Notes: generated by a model not told the origin, from the sequence alone. Numbered from the stretch's first letter, positions 41,763-55,374 are shown. The stretch: 64,000 bases of DNA from Tubulanus polymorphus (GCF_964204645.1 NC_134027.1:5054485-5118484); one strand, 5' to 3'. Program-made: numbers and translations.

Positions 41763-42335
41763 ATACAACTGACTTTGATGAGATTTACCTGACACGGCCG
41801 TTCAAAGCAGGGGCAGTTGCTCCCCTCCCCGATGTCGACGTCAATTTGGTATATACGTGGGCCCAAGAAAAAGTTTCTGGGGGGGGATTCTTATAGATGT
41901 AGAGTATTTCACTGCAGTAGGTAGGCACAGTTCGCTATGTATGTATCGGTGTAAAAATAAACGATATTTCAAAATATATGACTTATTCTTCGACAAAATA
42001 GTCACAAAATAAACCCTGTAATTATTTCATATATGATATTTGAATAAAGCAGCAAAATGGAGTACTATAGCATATCTGTATTCAGTTTATAAAGTGAACG
42101 TTTCACCACTAAATATCCCTGTTTTATATGATAATTACGGCCTACGTTGTTGAGTTTGAATCACAGAACTGTTTTTATTACTGAAAGGAATCAATAAATT
42201 ATTCAACAGGGTGCCATCATATCAAACATTATGTCAACTCGTACAACATTGTTAGACTTTTTGATTTTTATCTGTATCAAACAAGACCTTTAAACGAGTG
42301 GTTCCATTGTATAGACGGTATCGAGGGCAGACAAC

Positions 42336-44971
42336 ATGGATTTTCTAACGTTGGTACTCGGTACCATATTATTAGGAACGTTTGTTTATATTTTCTTTAA
42401 TCATCGTAACCGGTATCATCTTCCACCAGGACCGAGAGGATATCCGCTAATCGGGAACTCAATCGGTAGGTTTTTATAAGCGATCCGAAGTCGCTCGTTT
42501 TCAAAATAAATTGTACCCGTAAAAGAATAGTAGAATAAAGATTCTAGTTTCAATTTAGCTTCGAGTCTTTTATGAATAATGAATTTGTTTTCGTATTTAG
42601 AGATGTTTGGAAGTCATTCTGAGAAACCTCTATATCAGTATCTGGCTGATTTGTCTAAAACCTATGGTGACATATTTACTTTCTCAGCAGGTAAAGTGTA
42701 GGTGGAAAAAGGAAATGTTTGATCATACTATCGAATCGTATTGTTGTATACATGTATATGTGTATCTATTTAACTAGGATTTGGTAAGCCAGTTAAGATG
42801 ATAATACTAAACAGTGCAGATGCTATAAACCAGGCTTTAGTAAACCAGTCTGGTCATTTCGATAGTCGCCCAAGTGTGTGGTCATGTGAGTTGAATAATC
42901 CATTTTTATCAGTCAGAAAATAAATTTTTCTCCATAAATTGCATTTTTATTGAGTTTCGAAAAAAATCTATTTCAGTATCTTACGTATCGAAAAATAAAG
43001 ACATCTTCATGGGAAACCCATCGGATCCTGTGTGGAAGCTTAGTCGGAGACTTGTCACGAGTGGATTCAGGTATTTTTTGTGGTTATCTTGACTACTCTT
43101 GATTTGTTCGATGATGTCGGTAATGATTTTCCATGATATTTTAGAACATTTTTGAGCGGCTCTCGATTGGATGGCAAAGTGCATTGTTCTGTCGAGAAAG
43201 GTATCGCGATGTTATTAGAGAATAATGGTAAACCAATTGACATGAAACCCGTGTTTAATCTATTGGTCTACAATGTTATTTGTGACATGCTGTTCAGTGT
43301 TCAGTAAGACTTATCCTCATTATTTACACAATTATGTTTTTCGTCCAGGAGAAATAAGTTAAGTTGAATATTTCTTAGGTTTTTTTCTTATATAAAGGCA
43401 TGAAAATTTATTGGATACAAATGAATAATGAAGCTAATTACAAAATGATCATCAAAAATTCACGATTGTATTTCTTGGGTTTTACTGACTAAGTTTGAAA
43501 TATTTAGATTTGATCTTGGTGACAAAGATTTCAAAATGATACGATTGACAGAATCGATCAACAATTCAGTGACGGGTTATTAGAGGACTGGTTACCATTG
43601 TGGCAGTACTCACCTATAAAAACACCTCTTACTAAGGAATTCATGAAACTCGTCAAGTTTCTCTTGCGATACTGCGCCGATAGAGTCACAGAACACAAAA
43701 AGAAATACAACCCAGGTTTGTATTTTCTTCAATAGTTGAACTTTATATTTTCTTTCGTGAACTACTTTCACCGTCTTTATTTTCAGACAATGTTTGCGAT
43801 CTAATCGACTTTCTGATTAAAGCTAAAGAGAAAGTTCAACAAGACGACCCCAAACTAGCTGAAAAATTTACAGACGAACACATTGTTCAAATAGTTTCTG
43901 ATACATTTTTTGGTAAAGTTCAGGCAAAATTCCAAATACTCCTTATAAGTATCACGACATTTTTTTACTTCAACTGCCCAATCTAATTCTATATGTTTAA
44001 GCTGGAGTCGACACGACGTCACATACACTATATTGGGCAATGTACTTCATGGCAAAATATCCACATATTCAAGAAAAAGTTCACGAAGAAATCGACGAAG
44101 CGATTGGTAAGAATATCTGTTGACGAATACATACAACAGCAGTTCTATACAACTGCAAAATAGTCGTAAATCTACCGCGTTCCCTGAACAATTACATTAT
44201 CATAAATATTCGATTCTTGTAGGAAGTTTATTACCGAAGATATCAGACAAACAGAAAATGGTGTATTGTGAAGCAGTTATGTACGAGACGATTCGGTTTG
44301 CTCCGGTTGCACCACTTGGTTTAACTCACGCAACGACTCTTGAGAAAGCCAAATTTAGTAAGTCTAATCAGCTTAGTAACCAACTGGAGACCCACCTGAC
44401 GTTGATCGTGAAACTAATCGTATACAATTGGTCCATGCACGAAGCCTGTTCCAATAAAATACAAATTTAAAGATTACAAAGTTTTAAACAGTCCCTTCCC
44501 TTTTAATTCATACGTACTTCTAACTCGCATTTCTTATCTTTATCTGTAAAATGGATCGATATTGAAACACTATATTATTTGAATAAATTGTGATATTCTT
44601 TTTACGTCATTATTTCAGATGAGTTTGATATACCCGCTGATGCACAGATAATTACTAATATTTGGGCTTGTCATCACGATCCACGAGAATGGGAAAATCC
44701 TGACCAATTTATACCCGAACGTTTTATACACGAAGATAAATTATTAATCGCCAAACCTAAAAGCTGGTTGCCCTTTTCGGCAGGACGTCGAGCATGCATC
44801 GGTGAAAACGTGGCGAAACACGAGATTTTCATTTTCTTCACGAGCATTCTTCAAAAGTTTAACATCCGATTTGAGGATGATAGCGTTAGTTCTCAACCGA
44901 TACAGTTCGAAAATAATGCTTTTCTCTGTACACCGCAACCATACAAAGCAGTCGTTACTCCACGTGGATAG
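42336..44971 (+). pseudogene. Cytochrome P450 clan 2 (CYP17-like) copy B, frameshifted in exon 6
   Basis: Exons 42336-42465, 42601-42690, 42778-42885, 42977-43070, 43145-43303, 43508-43715, 43787-43912, 44002-44106, 44223-44357, 44619-44971. Exon 6 is 208 nt against 215 nt in copies A and C (7-nt deletion near 43542), giving TAG at 43581-43583. The other exons are intact. Confidence 0.85.
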
Positions 44972-45806
44972 CTCTACAATGCAACATTCCAAAATAATGT
45001 TGACAAATCGTCATCTTTAACTTGCTCAATGCAATACTAAACCATAATTGTTACCATAATTTACGAAAACAACTGTAAAACGATCCACGATGTTTGGTTA
45101 GATAAGAATTGAAATGAATAAAGGTAAACAAACGTAAAAAGAAATTTAGCTCTGCTTGTTTTCTGGGTTTTAAAATCTCAGTTGTTTATCAGAAACAGAC
45201 GGTAATAATGTGTCCTAAGGTATATTCACCAACTAGCAGTTGGGTATCTTTGGCTTTGAATAGAATTTCGACCATGTCTTACATTCTGTGGTATCGTGGT
45301 TTCATCATTAAACGATGACATATTCGGAAATTCAATTTTCGAAAATAAATGAGGATTTGTATTGAAAAGAATTAATAAATACAAAATCTCTTGTGATTAG
45401 TAATTTGTAGCAAGATACTGACCCAAAGGAAATCATTTTCATGAATTATTGAAATATCTTCCCTGCTGGATGCTATGACAGTACTATATCTGAACAGGTT
45501 TATTAGGTCAGTAGCACAACCAACGTGCAATAACTGGCCTGACTGACTGTCGTAGGGAGGCAAAGAAGATTTTATTCGAACTAATGTTCCTATGGCACGA
45601 AATGCATTCCAACGGGCCGCATGATTATAAGTATATTTATAATACGTGTACAATCAAGCGCAGCATACATATGTCATATCTCGTATGCTATATCGTAGGT
45701 TGGTTTGCTACGCTATAAACTAGTACTTGCAAACTAGTCTTTGTCTATTGTACGTAGATCTAGGTGCCATTTTTGTTATATTTACGTGGACTCGACACTA
45801 AACAAA

Positions 45807-48423
45807 ATGGATTTTCTAACGTTGGTGCTTGGTACAGTTATACTAGCAGTTTTCGTTTATATTTTGTTCAACCATCATAAACGATATCATCTACCCCCGG
45901 GCCCGAAAGGATATCCGTTCATTGGAAACTCAATTGGTAGGTTTTTTTGTGACGTAGCCTAACTTCTTACTTTTTTCCATCACTTTTCAGTCTCGATGGA
46001 AGGTCTAAACATGATTATTTCATTTTTGTTTTTAGAAATGTTCTCATGCGATTCGGCGAAGCCTCTGTACAAGTATCTGACAGAATTGTCTAAAACCTAT
46101 GGCAATATATTTACTTTCTCCGCGGGTAAGGCAAACGTCGTACTTGTTAGAGCGTTTTTGGAATATAAATGTTCGATTTGATATAGATTTTCATATGATG
46201 TTTATGTGTTGATTTAGGATTCGGTAAGCCAATTAAGATGATAATACTAAACAGTGCAGATGTTATAAACCAGGCATTAGTTAACCAGTCTGGTCATTTC
46301 GATGGTCGACCAAGTGTGTGGTCACGTGAGTGTGTGTTCCTTTCAGTACACGGTTTTAGTTCATCAAATTCTTTACAAGTGTTCTTTTTATTATTTCTTG
46401 TTTACAGTGTCTTGCTTTTCTAAAAACCAAGATATATTACTAAGTAACCCGTCCCCTGCGTGGAAGTTAAGTCGGAGACTCGCCACGAGTGGGTTCAGGT
46501 AGACTGCTGTTGCTTCATTATTATATTAACAAACACAATAATGCATATAGGCCCTATTGGTTAATAATGAAGTCCCACACTGAAAAAACGAATTCAAATG
46601 AGTCGTTTATCTAATCATTTCGTGTCGGCTACGTGCTAGTTGTTGAATAAGGTTTTCCATAAAATTTTAGAAATTTTTTGAGTGGCTCAAGATTGGATGG
46701 TAAGGTGCATTGTTCTTTCGAGAAAGGTATCGCGTTGCTAACGGAGAGTAATGGTAAACCGATTGATATGAAATCAGTCTTGGATCTGTTGGTCTACAAT
46801 GTTATTTGTGACATGCTGTTCGGTATCCAGTAAGATTCATTCTCCTTTTGAAAATCATGTATCTTCGCATTCGAGTTGATAATTTACACTTTCCTACCGA
46901 CGACGTTTCAATTACTCAGATTTGATCTTGATGACGAAGATTTCAAAAAAATACAAGAAACGATTAAAAAATCGGATCAGCAGGTCAGCGATGGTCTACT
47001 GGAAGACTGGTTGCCGTTTTGGCAATATTCACCTATCAAAACATCATTTACCAAAGATTTCATGAAAATCGTCGATTATTTCTTGGGATATATCACTCGA
47101 ATTGTCGAAGAACATCACAACAAGTACAATCCAGGTACACAAATCATTCTCTTCTGAATATTGATTTTCCCACGTGAGTTTCTTATTAAACCGAATCTGT
47201 TTAACACTTTCTTTATTTCAGACAATATTTCTGATCTAATCGACTATCTGATTCAAGCTAAAGAGAAAATTCGACAAGAAGATGCCAAACTGGCGGATCA
47301 ATTTACTCAAGAACGCATTGTTCATATTGTTTCTGATGCTTTCTTTGGTAAAAACACAACAAATCCTTTATATACTCACAAGCGTTCTATATGGCTTTTT
47401 CTTTATTTTTGCTTTAATTTCATATTCTCGAAGAATCCATTAAAATGATGATGTTTGCTGCTTTATCGTTTAGCTGGAGTCGACACAACGTCGCATACAC
47501 TTTATTGGACCATGTACTTCATGGCAAAATATCCACATATTCAAGAAAAAGTTCACATGGAAATTGACGAAGCGATTGGTAAGGCGCATCTACTGTGATG
47601 ATTATAAGTACACGCGTATCCGATGATTCGATTGGAAAATGCACAAATTTCAATGCAAAATAATTGTAATCCATATACCAAGAATCTACCATGTGTCAAG
47701 ATCTGTTATGACGTTCCATCTTGCAGGAAGTTTATTACCGAAGATATCAGACAAACAGAAAATGGTGTATTGTGAAGCAGTTATGTACGAGACGATTCGG
47801 TTTGCTCCGGTTGCACCACTTGGTTTATTCCACGCAACAACCACTGAAAACGCCAAAATTAGTAAGTCTAACCATGTAAATAACATTTCATTCCTAGAAT
47901 TCAGCGAAATCCTCGTGATATTGGGAAGGACAGGTTTCTCTGAAGAATGATTGAAGTGCAAGTACCAGTATAGATTACTGTGTTAACCCTTTGAATAGTT
48001 ATCAAACTGAAGCTTCCAATTCTTAGCGTTTTTCATGTGTAGGTTTAAAGCATCAACTTCATTATTTCAGATGAGTTTGATATACCCGCTGATGCACAGA
48101 TAATCACTAATATTTGGGCTTGTCATCACGATCCACGAGAATGGAAAAATCCTGAAGAATTTATACCCGAACGTTTCATACACGAAGATAAATCATTAAT
48201 CGCCAAACCTAAAAGCTGGTTGCCCTTTTCGGCAGGACGTCGAGCATGCATTGGTGAAAACGTGGCGAAACAGGAGATTTTCATTTTCTTCACGAGCATT
48301 CTCCAAAAGTTTAACATCCGATTTGAGGATGATAGCGTTAGTTCTCAACCGATACAGTTCGAAAATAATGCTTTTCTTTGTACACCACAACCGTACAAAG
48401 TAATCGTTACTCCACGTGGATAA
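45807..48423 (+). CDS. Cytochrome P450, clan 2 (CYP17-like), copy C, 10 exons, 503 aa
   Basis: Exons 45807-45936, 46036-46125, 46218-46325, 46408-46498, 46671-46829, 46920-47134, 47222-47347, 47474-47578, 47727-47861, 48071-48423 form an open frame with AGVDTT, ETIR, PERF and FSAGRRACIG. Confidence 0.93.
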
Positions 48424-49548
48424 GTACAGCTGACTTTAATGTGATTTACCTGATCGAATCTAACAACACCAAGAGTAGCATGAAGCGTTGCAAATGTAAT
48501 GGCTTCGATCCGGATATGGTCCAAAAATTTCAAGACTAGTTGGTTCGAACTTGGTAAAGAAATCCTTCTCACTTACAAAAATAATGGAATGTTAGGTCAA
48601 TTTATCATATATACGGCCAAAGAATAGATTTTCTTTTTGAGGGGGGGGGGCGGCTTTTACTTTCATACCAGCATTGATGGGAAATTTGTCAATCATAATT
48701 CGTCGTCTTAAGATCCACTTGTTTCGAATTCGTCCTTAAGAATTCGGTCAATTCATTGAAAGATATATTCCATACTGACGGTGCAAATTTCATTTTCCAA
48801 TAGATGTAGATAAAGTATTTGACTGCAGTAGGTAGGCACAGTTCACTATGTATCTGTATATAAATGACCGATGTTTCAGAGAATGTGATTTATTGACAGA
48901 TCGATGTATATTGCGACAAAATATATTCCAAAAATAAACCCTGTAATTATTTCAATAATGAAAAAAGCAGCAAAATGGAGTACATCTGTATTCAGTTTAT
49001 AAAGTGGAAGTTTTACAACTGAATATCTGTGTGTTTTATATGATGATTGCGTAGCTGAGTTTAAATCATGGAACTGTGGGGTTTTTGTGTTTTGTTTCAT
49101 TAATATTTCAGTGATCGTATCTATGACTGAAATTTAATTAGAAAACTCTAAAACTCTCTATTTATCGATGACAATCGAGTTCGCTATTCTCCATTCATCC
49201 GCATCCTCTTAAACAACTCTCGTATTTGTAATTGTCCGAATACATACGAATACATTTTTCATTGCGAAATATAAACGATTGTTATCGTAAGTCGGGGAGT
49301 GATCCGATGAATGACGCGTTTTATGTTTATTTTTTTGCCGTTGGGTAGCATTATTGGAAAACATTCTTTCGCACAGTTTGTCGTTCAGAACTACTTCCTG
49401 AGAAAATCCACTCGAACCAGAATCATTTATTTCGTTCGTAATGAGCTAATTTTCATCGCGCATTATTAAAACTTATTCGACGCTATCAACTGCGATCGGA
49501 ACTCTGAGGCGGTGTTCCAGAATATTCACACCAGAAGTCGGTTTAAGA

Positions 49549-50655
49549 ATGGTCTCCTCGTACGGATTTAGATGGTTTATCCCATTAATCTGGCTTTTTG
49601 TTCTGAACGTGACTGAAGGTAAGTGAATGTATCAAGTGCTATATTCTGTGGTTTGTAAGCATTCTATTGCAAAAAAACGAGGTTTTATTATGGAATCTCA
49701 GCGTAATGCATATTAGCCTAAAGCGAGTTTACTTTCGCTTCAGAAAGCTCTTTCCAGGTTACGATAGGCGTAAACGATCAATGGAACTGGGTGGAATTCG
49801 AGCTCCCAAAAGTAGAATTTTTCGGTACGAGAGGTTTACTGACGCCTTGTGCCGTTGACTTGTTAGTAACCGACAAGTACGTAACGAATTCAATCATCTC
49901 GATAGATTGTAGAAAAGAAATGATCAAATTCATAGACGATGAACTTCGAAATTAAGTAACTTTGAAATCGCGACTAAATTAATTTCAGGGATAAGGTTTA
50001 TTCGAATATCAGAAAGGATTGTGATATCGGACGATTGAAAAGGGCTTTGGTCAAATTTGAATCAACAGGAAGTACCGGCTCTGTCGGTGCGGTTACGCAG
50101 GTATACTGAAGAAAAGGTTCCGTAAATTGTAATGGTGAGCTCAAGAAAATTAGACATTTTCTATTTATCTATTTATATAAGCTTGCAATATCGGATGGAA
50201 CTGCAACATTTAAAATCGCTTGTCGGCCGCCAAATTACTGCCCCGTTACCTTACCAAACACCGCATGGCACGTAGGTGCAACATCCATCAATTCGCCTGG
50301 TGAGTATATTCCAGTCAGAAAATTGGAAAGTTCATTAATGTTGGAATTTATTGACTGAGTTTAGCTCCGTTTACTGAATTCGTCTCCTTTTTGTTTTTTA
50401 GATCTTACGAATCAAAAATTCAAGTATTCAAAGGTCACAGGGCAGCGGGGTACCGCGGAGACATTGATTAGGTATCCTCTGGCAGCAGGTTGCACTAAAA
50501 TGCGATGCGGTATCTACTGTCAGGAAATGCGCGAATGCGAAGGTTTTCGAATCTTTAATAGTTCTTGTGAGCTCCTCAAAATAACAGCTAACTTAAACGG
50601 CGAAAATCTCGTACCATATTTCAGCTTGACAAAGTATGAGCGGAACTTCCTCTAA
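49549..50655 (+). CDS. Small secreted protein with a C-terminal PAN/apple-like domain (5 exons; exon 2 frame ambiguous)
   Basis: Exon 1 49549-49618 is signal-peptide-like (MVSSYGFRWFIPLIWLFVLNVTE, donor GTAAGT). Exon 2 runs from 49744 or 49758 to 49824. Exons 49989-50100, 50182-50299 and 50402-50655 are phase-consistent. The last exon has the PAN-like pattern CGIYCQEMRECEGFRIFNSSCEL. Confidence 0.62.
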
Positions 50656-50964
50656 AGATTTAATCGTTATATTACTTGTTGAACTATGAAGTAACTTCGT
50701 GTACTTGGCACAGATTCAGAATCGTGTGAATATATCAGACAGTCGTTTTGTCGATTGAGCGCTTACTGATGTTAACCGCACCAGGGAAGCATCATTCAAA
50801 ATAAGATTCAATGGAAATTCCTTGTTAAACTTTGAATTTGTTTTCTACAAAAATCTATTCATAATCACATAAATGCAAAAATCATACAAACGGCAGAAGC
50901 ATGGGTCGGTTTTGGTGGCGCATTAAAGCAGTTGGTCCCACTACACATCTAGTTTCATCTATGT

Positions 50965-52707
50965 TTACTGAAACGACGCGCGTACGATTCGATCGTTCAA
51001 CGGTTGTGTTGGGCGGAAATTGTCGACCAAGGCTCCATCCTCGCCCACTGCCGGAGTTTCACCTTTGTGAAATGTTCTTAATCGGCGAAATTCCTCCATC
51101 TGAAAATGTGCATATGAAATAGTTACATTATCAGAATGTATACATATATACTTTGGTTCTATAACTGACTTGTCTTGACTTTTTACGATGCCAAAATCTT
51201 ACTAAAAGAGCTTACCTGAGTATGAGATAGCATAAGTGGATATCTAAGCATTATCCATGTGACGTTTTCACTGCATGGAGGGATTGTCAATGAGCCGGTA
51301 TATGTCCAGAAGTCTCGCAACATCGGATCTGAAAAATATGAAAATAACATTTCCGTGAAATAACATTTTCATTTCAGTTTCTTATCTTCATCTATCATTT
51401 CATTCGATTGATATATCGACTTACCCGGTAACAGACAATTTGGATTGAAGGCTGTGCTGATTGTTTTCTGTCGCCCCTAAAACGTACGATCGTGCATCTT
51501 TAAGGATTTTTTTTTCAAAAAGTATGAACAAAATAAAACCCTATATATAGTGTTAGGAATTGCTTGGATCAAATGAAGTCAAGATTTTGATATGAATGTA
51601 AGTATTACAGGCTAGTGTATGAATATTTCAGTGGATAAGTAGTGAATGCTATGAAGGATGCCAGGTGAAATTGATTTATCGGTTGACTAGCAGCTGTCGT
51701 CAGAATGAGCTACAATATATGTTTGTCTTCATCAGTTTATCGCTCGCGGAGCAAAATCCTTGTCGTTATTGGCTACTAGTTTGTTTTCTCTTTTTACCTT
51801 ATGTTGAATATCTTCTAGGTTTTCTGTAATGACCTTTAAGCCTTCGTGTTCACGACCCACCTTAATTGTATCAAAATATGTCATATATTTGTGATGCAGA
51901 TGTACTAACTTCAATAAACGTGTTTTAAACGTATTGAAACATAACGTGTGTTTGATTTACCTGAATAAATATGGCAACTATGGTGACCCCATCTGGTTTC
52001 CCAAGGGCATCTTCAAGGGAGTGATACAATGTTGTGTTGTAATGAATGAGATGCAACTAAAATCATACAGAATTTCATATCAATGACCGTCTTCAAAAGT
52101 CTAAGTTAATGGATTTTTCAGCAATAAGGATATTTGATTGACATCACCTCCATAGGAAACGCTTTACAATTCACGGTATGTTCCGATCCTCTGTTATTTT
52201 CACGGCCCCAATGAAACCGAAATTCAGCCAATTCATATTCGTGATTCGGTGACAAAGGTCCACCAGACAATACTGCAAAATACATCAATCTGAATGTTGG
52301 AAATCATTTCTTTTTACATTACTTATCCATTCAATCACATTGCACTCACTAGACTTGGGAACGAGATCGGCTCTGTAACCGGAGTCGCCTGAAATAGAAA
52401 ACACAATTTTGATTACATGTTTACTGTATGCGGCGGATTCATATTCTGCCACAAGACCACGCCTTATCTTTCAATTTCTTCTGGATTATTAATAGATGCC
52501 TTTCAAACTCACCTGGCTTGTAACGCAAGTATACGACCAATGTATGGCCGTTATTACACATATCCGTTTCTCTACACAGGACGTAGGTAAAGACGAGGGG
52601 ACTCTCGGTAAGATTCGGGTCATATTCAGCAGTTCGAGAATTCAAATTTATTGGTGATTGATAATCACCATTCGCTTCAGGAAATGTTATTCCCCATTCC
52701 ATTGCAC
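50965..52707 (-). CDS. CA8: Carbonic anhydrase-related protein VIII-like (acatalytic alpha-CA)
   Basis: Exons 52707-52513, 52388-52350, 52272-52148, 52056-51961, 51860-51798, 51476-51425, 51328-51216, 51099-50965. The translation follows CA8 ([77 protein letters not shown]). Arg replaces the first zinc-ligand His, as in CA8. The start is either the ATG at 52702 or in an upstream exon. Confidence 0.93.
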
Positions 52708-54520
52708 CTGAATTAAAAAATGTAGATTCCAAGGATTTGATCTTCCCTAATTTGTGATTACACAGAGTTTTTAGTAGTCGAATAAAACACTCTAATCAGT
52801 GTAAACAGTAGATGAATTAAGAAGTATCATAAAAGAATTCTATATGATGGATTCTATTAAACCACAACGTTTCGCATCAGGTGGAACCATCAGGTGGAAC
52901 GATGATGGCCCTTAGTCACAAAACGTTGTGGTTTCGTTTTAATGAATTTAATCATATAAAATTCTATTGTGGGACTTCTTCATTCACATACAGAGTTACA
53001 ATATGCTCAAGAAGCTGTTGGGTGTTTTACCAGCCTTGGGAACTGCGTTTGTCAACTTTAGGTTAATGATATTGAGTACGGTAATTTGAAGTAGTTTACA
53101 CACAGTCTATAAAACATTTCGCGTTCCTGGATTCATCGACAACACGTCTCTTATCTTTATCAACACTGAGAATCATGTGAAACGTTCAGAAATGTAATAC
53201 GCGATGTTGCATAAGAACCGATTGGTATTCTAGCCTTAATTTTCAGAGGCTAGATCCGCCGATTCCTTATCAATTTTGTGTAATCTGTCGCCAGGCCTTC
53301 GCAGAGCCAATAAACCGTATATCATAGGTCGTGCCATTGCCATTATTTGCTGCGGTTAGTATAACGCCACGGTAGTTTAGATACGACTCATTTGTGTGAT
53401 TGACTCACGGAAATTGTAAACGTATAATTGTCTTCGTCGCCTTATTTGTTGCTTCCGTTACTGGCTCGGTGACAACACGGGTGAAAACGCTTTTTTTATG
53501 TACAGTAGTATTGTAGCATATTTTCGATTCCCCTGTAACGAACGACTACTTGATTAAGATATTGCAATGTCTACTCGAAATGCGCCAACTGCGACTCCCT
53601 CAACAGACATCGAATCATCCTTCGTTAATAAAATAATGAGACAGATCAAATATATCCACAGCTGACGCATTGGACCCAGATGTAAAAAGCCATTTGATTA
53701 GATCAATGACTGAACGATTTGAAAAATAGAGAACGACGTGTATATTGTTTTTGAATGTCCGAGAACAGACTGCATAGGCAACTAACTCTTAAATCATGAT
53801 ATATTGTGATAAATTGATACTCGACGTTTATCGATACTATATCGTCTGATAAGAATTCTAAGAATGTCCCCCAACATATCAAATGATATCCAAACTAATG
53901 CATCAAACTATATTGACCTTGTGCTTCTGGGATTAGCAATCAAAACGCGCTGGTTTAAGGCCATAGAGGTAACTGATCATACTTATCATAAAATCATTTG
54001 ACTGTACCTTTGAATCCATCCCCAAAATTAAAGAACCGTTTTACACGAAACCCGTAGAACTAAATAGGTCAAAGATTGTTTAATTCGTTAATGTCGAAAT
54101 CGTGAGATAATGATTAATGATAGACTCGGTGTGATGTGTTTATATTTTAACGTGTATAATTCACATCGTTGTTCAGTAGCAGGGTTGAAAATGACTAACA
54201 ATGGAATTTGAGATAGATGATGACTTTTCGTATCAAACCATTCAAACGATGCATAAAAAAGTTTGGCGAATTTTCAAAATAAGGCCCTGACATGTATGTT
54301 TCAACATTCACTGTTCTAGTCATTATTAGCACTTCAGATTTTTACGTGTGTAAAGGTGAAGTACTTTTTGAGATCGGTGTCGTGCCGTACATGAAAGATA
54401 GTAGCAATACTATTGTTATACCACGCACATTTAGATAATGTGAAATTGTTTAGCACGTAAACGGTATAACTATGTTTTTGAATAGCGAAGCTTTTTATTT
54501 TACCGGTATTTGTTTTTCAG

Positions 54521-55046
54521 ACAAGCGTTTTAACGAGCTACACGCGGCTGATACAATACGTTTGCAATTACGAGTGCAATTAGGGTTCGATTATATTCCC
54601 GAGGAATACGTACAAATTTTGTAATATTTTTCGGATGGATCGATCAGTTTTCAAATGAATGTACACTTTTTATATAATTTTCATATTACCGTCAACGTCG
54701 TGATAATTCCATTGTTCATTGATATCGTCGTCCCATAAGCGAAATTCACAAACGTCGAAAGATGCGTCACATTCGACAGCCCGATACCGGCTTCGTTTTA
54801 CCCCAGCGTCCATGGCTGGGCCCACTGGGAAAAAAGATACGTTTCGACACTAAATCCCGAGATCGCAGCAACGCCTATAGACTCGAGGCGTGTTCTTTTA
54901 ACGGCCACGTACTGGTGTTAATACCGCGACATTCGCGGCTCGTCGAATGCAACACCTCCGGTAGTTGTATGTCAAACGCAACCATATGGCTCGACAACCT
55001 CGAGATGGATTGTCACGACGCAACATTCAACCCCTCTGTAACCTGA
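54521..55046 (+). CDS. Candidate 3' exons of an orphan gene or pseudogene, opposite strand to CA8
   Basis: tttgtttttcag|54521-54609 (KRFNELHAADTIRLQLRVQLGFDYIPEEY)|GTAC joins in phase 0 to 54780-55046 (PDTGFVLPQRPWLG...IWLDNLEMDCHDATFNPSVT*). No clean upstream exon or start was found. Confidence 0.3.
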
Positions 55047-55101
55047 AGTCACTTAAATTCACGGGATCGAATAATATCTTCTTCAAATTATAGATGATGC
55101 A

Positions 55102-55374
<273 letters not shown>

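Noticed and set aside
39961-48572. Minus-strand and alternative-frame ORFs over the P450 exons
   Set aside because: They are shadows of the real plus-strand coding exons, repeated because the genes are duplicated.
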